DNA of 10,759 bases from Candidatus Hermodarchaeota archaeon (GTDB lineage: Archaea; Asgardarchaeota; Lokiarchaeia; Sigyniarchaeales; SOKP01). The notes below the pieces were generated by a model. It saw only the letters and a program-made list of their open reading frames with translations, had not been told where the DNA came from and searched no databases. The DNA lies in contig JBHLLG010000097.1 in the NCBI GenBank assembly GCA_048885925.1, positions 1-10,759 on the forward strand, read 5' to 3'. The translations under genes and the position numbers were made by a program. Of this stretch, positions 1-7,655 are shown one piece after another. Position 1 is the first letter of the stretch, and each line of letters starts with the position of its first letter.

Positions 1-2
1 TA

Positions 3-494
3 TTTATGCTTAGGGTTCCTCCCGTTAATTTGTTAGAAAATCCTGTAAGCCGAGGTTTACCAACTCAGTTTGCTAAGATCTATCTAGCTGAAGTGAAGAA
101 ATTTTTCCAAGAATATCGTCCTACAGAAGAAGACAATCTTAAAATCATTGAAATCTTCACTAATCCCGAAGCTTATGAAACATTGCGATTATTAAGAACT
201 GCTATTGTTACTAGAAATGAACTTGAAAAATTAAGCAAAAAAGGGGTAAAAGATATCTATGGCGTGTTAAAGATATTCTGGGATAATCAAATGATTAAAG
301 TATTTAAGGATGAAAATAATAATGAATATTTTGCACTCCTTTCCGATTTCTACATGGATCTTATATTTCCAAAATATATCTTGGAGATCATTAAGAAATC
401 TTACGAACAAAAATCTAAAGCTAATAAAGTTCTCATTGAATACCTAAATATACTTGAAGAATCATATTTGAACTTAAAAAAGCAAAAAAAATAA
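3..494 (+). CDS. Hypothetical protein, probably the C-terminal part of a gene truncated by the window edge; contains a winged-helix-like segment
   Basis: The frame is open from the window edge (TTT at 3-5 precedes ATG at 6) to TAA at 492-494. The segment EAYETLRLLRTAIVTRNELEKLSKKGVKDIYGVLKIFWDNQMIKVFKDENNNEYFAL has a helix-helix-helix-beta-hairpin pattern typical of wHTH folds. Function not assignable. Confidence 0.75.
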   Translation, partial: FMLRVPPVNLLENPVSRGLPTQFAKIYLAEVKKFFQEYRPTEEDNLKIIEIFTNPEAYETLRLLRTAIVTRNELEKLSKKGVKDIYGVLKIFWDNQMIKVFKDENNNEYFALLSDFYMDLIFPKYILEIIKKSYEQKSKANKVLIEYLNILEESYLNLKKQKK

Positions 495-515
495 AAAAAA
501 ATCTTTATTTTTTTT
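484..515. terminator. A/T inverted repeat with oligo-T tracts between convergent genes; possible bidirectional terminator
   Basis: AAAAAAAATAAA (484-495) is the exact reverse complement of TTTATTTTTTTT (504-515), with an 8-nt loop. It overlaps the stop codon of the + gene and gives oligo-T runs on both strands. The sequence is low complexity, so chance occurrence is plausible. Confidence 0.3.
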
Positions 516-628
516 AAGATTTTACAATTTTCTTTATTATTTTTTCTTAATCCATACTCGAGCAGAGTTTTCATCAAATAACTTTCCTTAGATGGTTTTT
601 TTATTTGAATCATTATTTAGGATTTATT

Positions 629-1489
629 TTATTTGCAATCTTCCGCTTGCTGGAGATTGATTTTGATAAATGCTTCTTCTTGGGTATTTCGTTGGATTGA
701 TTTGACAGATCTATTCACTTGACGTAAATGCTTCATAGCATTATTTTTTCCTTCCTTTATATGTTCTACTAATTCTTCCAAACTAAATCCACCTGAAATT
801 ACAAGTGCAGTTTGAAATGACTGGTTAGGCTCTAATGTTATAAATTCAATCTGTAACGCCGAAAGAATTTCTCCAGGTCCTTTATGCAATGTATTTGAAA
901 GTTTCATCTTATTTTGGTTAATTTTAAAATCTTTTGTTAAACAAGTTTCATAATGAGTAGATTTAGAAATTGGAGAAAATCCACCATATAATCCTGTTTT
1001 GTCATATTGGTAAATTATATCATTTTCTTCGTCATAACCAGATAAATCATTATCAAATCCTTCAAGTCCATTTATGTCAAAATCGAAAATAAAATAAATT
1101 GAAAAATCTTCTAAGATAAAATCTGATATATTTTTAATCGTAAAAAAAGTGTTTATGTATGGAACTAGATGTGGATTGAAGATGTCTTTGTAAACACGAA
1201 CAAATTGCTTCTTCTCATTAGGTATTGATTTTAGTTTGTGTTCTCTTACTAATTTCTTTAGATACTCTGTAATATTAAAATCTAAGGTTATTCTACTTAA
1301 AGCAGTCCCAGTACGAGTATTAACTAAATTATATACTGGTGTTGGTTCAATGCTTTTTAGTATCACTGGAATTATTCCTATTTTTGCTCCCTTTAGTTTA
1401 AAACTGAACCAAGGACCAGTTAAATCTTGTTCACTAAGATAAATTAAATATTTTCCTTTATATGTAAGTTCCTTAATCGAAAATCCCAT
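629..1489 (-). CDS. Hypothetical beta-rich protein (possible galactose-mutarotase-like/beta-supersandwich domain)
   Basis: 286-aa ORF from ATG to TAA. The segment YINTFFTIKNISDFILEDFSIYFIFDFDING..DNDLSGYDEENDIIYQYD resembles the 'Y.I.N.S...L......F.D.DI' beta-sandwich accessory domains I recall from glycosidases and S8 proteases. No signal peptide or TM segment; the C-terminus is helical. Confidence 0.7.
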   Translation of the reverse strand: MGFSIKELTYKGKYLIYLSEQDLTGPWFSFKLKGAKIGIIPVILKSIEPTPVYNLVNTRTGTALSRITLDFNITEYLKKLVREHKLKSIPNEKKQFVRVYKDIFNPHLVPYINTFFTIKNISDFILEDFSIYFIFDFDINGLEGFDNDLSGYDEENDIIYQYDKTGLYGGFSPISKSTHYETCLTKDFKINQNKMKLSNTLHKGPGEILSALQIEFITLEPNQSFQTALVISGGFSLEELVEHIKEGKNNAMKHLRQVNRSVKSIQRNTQEEAFIKINLQQAEDCK

Positions 1490-1657
1490 AATATATCCAG
1501 CAACGTTTCATGTAGCAAAAATTTCATTGAATAATACTTTTAGTACTATTTTTTATAAACCTCCTTCTATTAATTTTTAATTTCCTAATACTATTTCAAA
1601 TAATTTATCAATTATTTAAAAGAATTAGAAATCATAAAAAAGTTTGCAATAAGGGAA

Positions 1658-2641
1658 TTATAGAGTTTCAATTACTCTATATGCAATATATAAAAAAGCA
1701 TCATTTACATTTTCACCTGTTAATGCTGATGTAATAATAGAGTGAAATCCAAACTGTTTAGAAACTTCCTTTAGTTTTTCTTCACTTATCACAATTTCAT
1801 CTATTAAATCGGATTTGTTTCCTACTATTACAATTGGTATATTTCTTGGTATAGAGTTCTTGATGTCTTTAAACCATTTTTCTATGCTATTTAAAATATC
1901 TTCACGAGTTCTATCTATAACAATAAAGGCAGCATTTGCACCATTGTAAAACTTAGCTCTATAAGGAGCCATCTGCTTGACTTGGCCACCAATATCCCAT
2001 ATGATAAAATTCATTTTAGTAGTTTCACTCAAATTTACTACTTTTTTGCTAATTTGCACTCCTAAAGTGCTTATATAATCTTCTTCGAATTTATTTTCTA
2101 CATATCGTCTAATTAATGAAGTCTTTCCGACTTTATAATCACCACAAAGAATTAACTTATTTGTATATTCTCCTGTCATCTGTGGAAGTTCTCCTCCACG
2201 AGTTTTTGATAAAGCCTTAATAATTTCAGGGATTTTTGGTGATACATCTTCATTTCCCTCTAAAATCAATTCAATTTTCGATGCAATATGTTCGGAATAT
2301 ACTTTTAACTCTATATCAGTCGTTAATTGATCTGCTACAGTAGCTAATATTGAATTTGGACCCATTGAACTAAACACAAATTTATTGACTCCTGTTGAGG
2401 TAATATTGAAAAAGCTATCGGATGTACCAAATTCTGCTTTAATCCTATCTATATACGTATCAAGCATGGCAGAAAGCGCTCCAATTATTGCATCAGATTC
2501 TTCTTCGTTTTCTTGTTTAGATTCTGAAGCGATAATAAAACCATTTCTATCACAGATAGCACAACCTTTAATACCTTCTACTTCATTAAAATAATTTTTT
2601 AAAATTTCTTTTAGTAATTTAGCACTTGGAAGTTTTTCCAT
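1658..2641 (-). CDS. Roadblock/LC7 domain fused to a Rab-like small GTPase
   Basis: The N-terminal ~130 aa follow the Roadblock pattern (VEGIKGCAICDRNGFIIAS...IIGALSAML...FVFSSMGPNSILATVA). The C-terminal ~167 aa carry all G motifs: G1 GDYKVGKTS, G2 YISTLG, G3 WDIGGQ, G4 NKSD, G5 TSAL. Rab-like segments include LGVQI, FYNGA and IVIDRT. There is no C-terminal prenylation cysteine. Confidence 0.93.
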   Translation of the reverse strand: MEKLPSAKLLKEILKNYFNEVEGIKGCAICDRNGFIIASESKQENEEESDAIIGALSAMLDTYIDRIKAEFGTSDSFFNITSTGVNKFVFSSMGPNSILATVADQLTTDIELKVYSEHIASKIELILEGNEDVSPKIPEIIKALSKTRGGELPQMTGEYTNKLILCGDYKVGKTSLIRRYVENKFEEDYISTLGVQISKKVVNLSETTKMNFIIWDIGGQVKQMAPYRAKFYNGANAAFIVIDRTREDILNSIEKWFKDIKNSIPRNIPIVIVGNKSDLIDEIVISEEKLKEVSKQFGFHSIITSALTGENVNDAFLYIAYRVIETL

Positions 2642-2787
2642 TAGTATTTCATTCGCAAATTTAATCTATTAAAATCATAATATGCCTAAATAATATAAAT
2701 ATAGGTATTAGGATAATATTAAAGTTATATTTTGAAGATATCTACGTGCTATACTCTTTTATATTTCTTTTTTGAGTTCCCTTATTC

Positions 2788-2955
2788 ATGATAAGTGATT
2801 CCTCCATAAAAGATAGTGAAAAAAGTATAGAATTTTATGAAAAAAACATAGCAAAAATCTTAGATCGAGCTGTGAAACTTTTTAGAAGAACAAATTTAAA
2901 CGTATTAGCGGATAAATGGGATAGGATCTTAAAAAACTACGATTCTAAAAAATAA
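2788..2955 (+). CDS. Small hypothetical protein (55 aa), not in the ORF track
   Basis: ATG at 2788 to TAA at 2953-2955, translated by hand as MISDSSIKDSEKSIEFYEKNIAKILDRAVKLFRRTNLNVLADKWDRILKNYDSKK. It sits in the 336-nt gap without overlap, shows amphipathic helical periodicity and a purine-rich coding-like composition, and ends 22 nt from the convergent methyltransferase stop. Confidence 0.6.
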   Translation: MISDSSIKDSEKSIEFYEKNIAKILDRAVKLFRRTNLNVLADKWDRILKNYDSKK

Positions 2956-2977
2956 ACTGCTAAATTATGAGAAAAAT

Positions 2978-4909
2978 TTAGGTCTTTAGAGTTCTCATAT
3001 AATAATTAATATGATTTCGGTGCTCCTCTGAGATCTGATAGAGATCAAAAACTAATGTATCAATTAATTTTTCTGAATATTTAATATCATTTGGCTCATC
3101 TAAAAGTTGTTTCACATTTTCGGTTATTTTTTTTGCTTTTTCTTTTTCTATTTCAGAGAGAGGAATCTTAATTGGAAAATCATTGATTTTTTCTATAAGG
3201 ATTCTTGGAAATAATTTCTTATATGTTCCAAATGATTTGCTGAAGAAATAGGAAAAAAGTTTAGAATTAATAAGTCCCAATAAGTAAAAGCTATTAAATT
3301 CAGGAAAAGAAGTTTCCTGTATCTTCAAATTATAAAAAGATTGTGATGTTAAAGATATATTCTTATCATATGTAGCACAGATTTTATTATTTTGACTTAT
3401 TTGACGTATTATTATTCGATCTTTGTAATTCTCTAAATTTTTATAGTTAATTCCTGGTTTTGAGATATCTATATATCTATATGGAGCTTTCTCATAACGT
3501 TTTATGGTGTAAAGATACGGTTGAAAAACATTTTGGTCTAAATTCTTTGGAATCTCTTTGTAAATAATTTTTTCCCTATTTTTCAAATCTAAAGCGGAAT
3601 TACACACATGACATTTTAACGACTTTTTAGGAATTGGTGAATATTTTGAGCACTTTTTACAAAAAATGATTTCTCCTTTTTTTGTTAATTCAACTCCTCG
3701 AGTTAGTATAAATCTAATACCATATTTACTCTTTAAATCTTTTAATTTAGGAAAATTTATATTTAAATGCTCTAGAATTGATAGATCTATCTTATTCAAA
3801 TGAATTAAGAATTTGAAATTCAATTTTTCTAAAGTTGATTGGACAATTACTTGTTCTTGTTGATTTGAAATCCTTATTTTAATTTCATTTTTTTTCCTGT
3901 GGGTTTCATTATTGCTTTTCTCTAAAATTATAATAATATTCGAAACAATGGGCTCAATAAACTTTGGACCCGCGTGATAAAGTTCAATAATTTTTGTCGT
4001 ATTATAGATATATTTCCTAATAATTGATTTATTTGTTAGAGCGAGTATTGAATCAGGAACAATATATCCCAATAATCCCTGATTTTTTAAGACTTTTATG
4101 CCCAACTCTATAAATATTTGATAATAATCATATTGGCCATTATTAGTTTTGAAATTACCATCTTCAATCAGTTGTCTTTGATTGAATGGAATGTCTCTGA
4201 CAAATAAGTAAGGAGGATTTCCTACCACATAATCATACTTTTCAATTTTATCAATTGTTAACGCATTGCTATTCTCTATGTTAAACATGGGTAAGTTATA
4301 ATCTGAATGTATTTCTCTAATTATTTTCAAAATATCAAATAAAGCAAATTGAACGTTAATCTGGCATAGAATACATGCAACAAGATTAAGATCTATACCA
4401 AAAATATTCTTTTTTATAGTTGAAATTAATGCTTTAGCTTGTTCAATTGTTAATTTTGAAACATCTCCTTGAGTATAAATCTCAAGACATCTTTTTTTCA
4501 AAATTCTTACTGTTTGAACAAGAAAACTACCTAAACCACAACTAATGTCAATAATCTTTTTCTCTTCTATATTATTAAAAGCAGTATAACCAATACTACT
4601 TAAAATGTAATTAACTACTGAGAAAGGTGTATAAAATTCACCTAACTTCTTTTTGTTTCTATGATTTCGAGATTTCGCATATAAATTACTAAAAATGTCA
4701 AATTTTTGAGCATTTAAGCTAAGATGAGACTGATTATTATTAATATCTTTAAGATTTATTAGAAATGTAAGATTTTGAATTAATTTATTGAGAAAAACTT
4801 CATCATCCTTATTCAATTGAGGATTTTTATAGCAATTTTTTATATTATTAATGATATTTTCTTTTTCCAGATATTCAATGAAATCTTGCATAATTTTTAT
4901 ATATATCAA
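2978..4909 (-). CDS. N6-adenine DNA methyltransferase, gamma class (Eco57I/TaqI-like) with C-terminal target-recognition domain
   Basis: Motif X GEFYTP, motif I IIDISCGLGSFL, IFGIDLN and catalytic motif IV VVGNPPY appear in gamma order, followed by YDYYQIFIE..GYIVP. The C-terminus is TaqI_C-like (RIIIRQI...YLLGLINSKLFSYFF...INDFPIKIP). The track start at 4909 is TTG; an in-frame ATG at 4891 is an alternative start. Confidence 0.9.
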   Translation of the reverse strand: MIYIKIMQDFIEYLEKENIINNIKNCYKNPQLNKDDEVFLNKLIQNLTFLINLKDINNNQSHLSLNAQKFDIFSNLYAKSRNHRNKKKLGEFYTPFSVVNYILSSIGYTAFNNIEEKKIIDISCGLGSFLVQTVRILKKRCLEIYTQGDVSKLTIEQAKALISTIKKNIFGIDLNLVACILCQINVQFALFDILKIIREIHSDYNLPMFNIENSNALTIDKIEKYDYVVGNPPYLFVRDIPFNQRQLIEDGNFKTNNGQYDYYQIFIELGIKVLKNQGLLGYIVPDSILALTNKSIIRKYIYNTTKIIELYHAGPKFIEPIVSNIIIILEKSNNETHRKKNEIKIRISNQQEQVIVQSTLEKLNFKFLIHLNKIDLSILEHLNINFPKLKDLKSKYGIRFILTRGVELTKKGEIIFCKKCSKYSPIPKKSLKCHVCNSALDLKNREKIIYKEIPKNLDQNVFQPYLYTIKRYEKAPYRYIDISKPGINYKNLENYKDRIIIRQISQNNKICATYDKNISLTSQSFYNLKIQETSFPEFNSFYLLGLINSKLFSYFFSKSFGTYKKLFPRILIEKINDFPIKIPLSEIEKEKAKKITENVKQLLDEPNDIKYSEKLIDTLVFDLYQISEEHRNHINYYMRTLKT

Positions 4910-5082
4910 CCGTTTTTTAACACTAAATCATAAGAGTATTTCTTTCTTATTATTTGTAATTTAATAGTCGCAAATAAATACAGAGAAAATATAATAAATT
5001 TGAAAAATTGGGAATATAACAAATTTATATAATATTAAACTATGATCTCTTTGATAGAGAAAAAGAAATTCATGATTGAAAG

Positions 5083-6183
5083 ATGATTTTAAACCTATTT
5101 TTGATTGCAGCATCAACAATAATTTCTATTATTGGAATAATTTATGTTAATATAAAACGTGATGAATTCGCAAATAAAGTAAATTTCATTCTAACAATTT
5201 TATTATTTTTATTACTTGGTATTCTTTTTTTTAGTTCATTTCTCTTATCTACAGAACCTTATTTTACAGAGAATATAGCACTAATTTTTTGGTATCTATC
5301 ATTAACATTTTGGATTTTTTCAGTAAGCATATTGAGTCTAACTCATAAAATAGTAATAAAAATGGAAAAAAAAGTAATAATTTCATCTCTTTTTTATTCT
5401 CTCATGATAGGATTAATTTTAGGTTTATCGTTTATTCCTAATTCGTTTTTGGTAAGATTAGAGAATAATTATTATATATTTTATTTTCAGAATGCAATAT
5501 TAATTGTTTTTTTATTAACTTTTAATGCTATAATTTTTTGCATAATGAGTTATAATCTTATTCGCTATTTTTCAAGGATCCGTAATTATAGATCAAAACA
5601 ATTATTTAGCATCCTTACATTCCAATTTTGCTTCATTGTTTTTTTATATTCTATTTATATATTAACTCAAGCGATCATATTCCAATATTTCTATGTTATT
5701 ATTCATTTGATAAGCGTTGCATCCGCAGCTTATTCCGCAATTAAGAAGCGTAATCTATTTGTAGAGCTTACAAATAAAATTTATGATTTTATTTTATTCC
5801 ATAAAAGTGGAATTCTTTTATATTCATATAATTTTGAGACTGGAAAAGAAACTGATGAATCACTTTTAAAAGGTTCAATTTTAATAGGTATTAACCATAT
5901 TTTATCAAACTTAATTAATAAAAGAGATCAACTAAGCCTTATTAAAATGGAGAATAGAGATATTATCCTTGAATATGATAATACTCATGGTTATGCGCTA
6001 TTATTGACCATGGATCATAAAAATTCTTATATAGATAAAGCAGTTGATAATTTTATGAAGAAATTTACTTCTTTAAATGAAGAGAAATTGAAAAATTTAA
6101 ATGGATTAATAGATATCTCAGAATTTAGAAATGCAAAAGAAATAATTGATGAAAATTTCGAGCCTTTTATAAAAAAAGAATGA
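5083..6183 (+). CDS. 7-TM membrane protein with C-terminal cytoplasmic longin-like domain (paralog A)
   Basis: Seven hydrophobic segments lie in aa ~3-220, with a beta-hairpin-like loop between TM4 and TM5 (HisKA_7TM-like layout). The soluble aa 228-366 show a beta-beta-alpha-beta-beta-beta-alpha pattern (IYDFILFHKSGILLYSYNF / GSILIGINHILSNL / LSLIKM / DIILEYD / YALLLTM / helix), typical of longin folds. Fold assigned by pattern only. Confidence 0.8.
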   Translation: MILNLFLIAASTIISIIGIIYVNIKRDEFANKVNFILTILLFLLLGILFFSSFLLSTEPYFTENIALIFWYLSLTFWIFSVSILSLTHKIVIKMEKKVIISSLFYSLMIGLILGLSFIPNSFLVRLENNYYIFYFQNAILIVFLLTFNAIIFCIMSYNLIRYFSRIRNYRSKQLFSILTFQFCFIVFLYSIYILTQAIIFQYFYVIIHLISVASAAYSAIKKRNLFVELTNKIYDFILFHKSGILLYSYNFETGKETDESLLKGSILIGINHILSNLINKRDQLSLIKMENRDIILEYDNTHGYALLLTMDHKNSYIDKAVDNFMKKFTSLNEEKLKNLNGLIDISEFRNAKEIIDENFEPFIKKE

Positions 6184-6395
6184 AAAATCTATATAATCTG
6201 GATTAAAAGGTTAATTGCTTAAGGGTCATATTATATTTTTTTTTGAAAATTAAAAATTTTTATCAATTTTAAAAAAAAAGGTTTATTTATGACAAGATGT
6301 ACTATATTCAATAATAGATTTGTTTTTTTAATTGTTAGAAATCATGTAAAGTAAAAAATTATTTTTTATAATTAGATTCAGTCGTTTCGTAAATT

Positions 6396-7538
6396 ATGTA
6401 TATAATGTTTCTCATTTCTTTAATAATCGGTTATATTTTCATATTCTGTGTAGGTATATATACATTTATTCATATTATCTATCATTTTGAAAATTTTGGG
6501 GCAAAATTAACAGCAATTCTAAACTTTTTAACGATTTTTGTATCCATTATCATATATTCTACCTGCTCTTTACTCTCTATCACTATTTTTTTCTCTGAAA
6601 AGATCAATCTTATTCTTTGGAAACTTTCAGTTATTTTTTTATCTATCAATTTTATTCTAATCTCAGTAATTTATTCCTTCTTAAAAGTTTATAAAAGACT
6701 ATCTTATTTTCCATTTACAATTTTGACTATTATTTTTGGATTATTAATAGGCCTTTTGTTTTCTCCTAATTCTCTTCAAATATTTTTTGAACACTCTAAT
6801 ACGCCTCCCTTTTTCATTAATGATGTATCACATATCAACTATTCCTTTAATTTCATTACTGGAATCACTATCTGTATCTTTCAAAGTTGTATCGCTGCTC
6901 ATATTATCACACAATCTATTTTAATATATCTTAATACTTTAAATAAAAAAATTGCAAATGGATTAATCATTACTACTATTATTAATGTATTTTCAATCTT
7001 AATGTATATTTTATATATAGCAATTCAAGTTTCAATCTTCCGAGAGTTGCATTTTCTTTCCTTATGGATTGCTATTTTTGGATTTTGTTACACTTTAATA
7101 AGCAAACCAGTAATGCTTTTAGAATTAACAAATAAAATATATTCTATTAATATTTACCATAAATCCGGAATTTTACTTTACTCCTATAAATTTGGTAAAT
7201 CGAATAATGAGTCAGATTCAACAATATGGGGAAATATTTTAATAGGCATTAATCATATACTTTCTGAATTTGTAGATCCAAAAGATAAAATTGATGTACT
7301 TCAAACAGATAGTTCCAACATCATTGTAAATTATGACGAGCTAGGATTTGCCGTAGTATTAATAACTAATCGTAAAAATACGATTTTAAAAAAGTTGTTG
7401 GATAATTTTACTATTATATTTAGAAATAAATATAAAAATGAATTAATTGAAATCCAAGATCTCAATAAATTAATTAATGTGTCTGAATTTAAAGAGACAA
7501 GAGAGATTATAGAAAAAAATTTTCAAATGTATTTGTAA
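6396..7538 (+). CDS. 7-TM membrane protein with C-terminal cytoplasmic longin-like domain (paralog B)
   Basis: Same architecture as 5083-6183. It shares ELTNKIY, HKSGILLYSYxF, GxILIGINHILS, DNF and LNxLIxxSEF. Manual alignment gives about 40% identity across the C-terminal domain. Confidence 0.8.
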   Translation: MYIMFLISLIIGYIFIFCVGIYTFIHIIYHFENFGAKLTAILNFLTIFVSIIIYSTCSLLSITIFFSEKINLILWKLSVIFLSINFILISVIYSFLKVYKRLSYFPFTILTIIFGLLIGLLFSPNSLQIFFEHSNTPPFFINDVSHINYSFNFITGITICIFQSCIAAHIITQSILIYLNTLNKKIANGLIITTIINVFSILMYILYIAIQVSIFRELHFLSLWIAIFGFCYTLISKPVMLLELTNKIYSINIYHKSGILLYSYKFGKSNNESDSTIWGNILIGINHILSEFVDPKDKIDVLQTDSSNIIVNYDELGFAVVLITNRKNTILKKLLDNFTIIFRNKYKNELIEIQDLNKLINVSEFKETREIIEKNFQMYL

Positions 7539-7655
7539 TATATTTATTGTTTTTAAAATTGGTCTATAGAAATCTTATATAAATTATAATTATAAAACTA
7601 TTAAGCAATAAAAATAAATAAAAATATATAATTAAATGTAAAGTGTTATAATAAA

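Noticed and set aside
401-613. 70-aa minus-strand ORF
   Set aside because: It overlaps the + strand gene antisense by 94 nt and reads through homopolymer tracts (KKIKIFFYFFCFF). Its first ~35 codons could be a real peptide if the T8 run at 508-515 were one base shorter, but nothing supports that.
1236-1442. 68-aa plus-strand ORF
   Set aside because: Antisense shadow wholly inside the 286-aa gene, with a non-ATG start.
2385-2594. 69-aa plus-strand ORF
   Set aside because: Antisense shadow of the Roadblock domain.
2978-4909. Mobile element or complete restriction-modification/BREX defence island
   Set aside because: No transposase, integrase, terminal repeats, endonuclease or other defence genes are visible in the window.
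5021-5035. TATA-like TTTATATA upstream of paralog A (similar elements near 1553, 7575 and 8346)
   Set aside because: The intergenic DNA is so AT-rich that such boxes are expected by chance, so no specific promoter can be supported.
5764-7265. Nucleotide similarity between 5764-5907 and 7122-7265 as a DNA repeat
   Set aside because: Explained by protein-level paralogy with many synonymous differences; it is not a repeat array or a diversity-generating template.
5083-7538. Calling the 7-TM proteins rhodopsins or true GPCR homologs
   Set aside because: There is no mid-TM7 retinal-binding Lys (DxxxK) and no DRY or NPxxY motif. Only the helix count and loop layout are similar.
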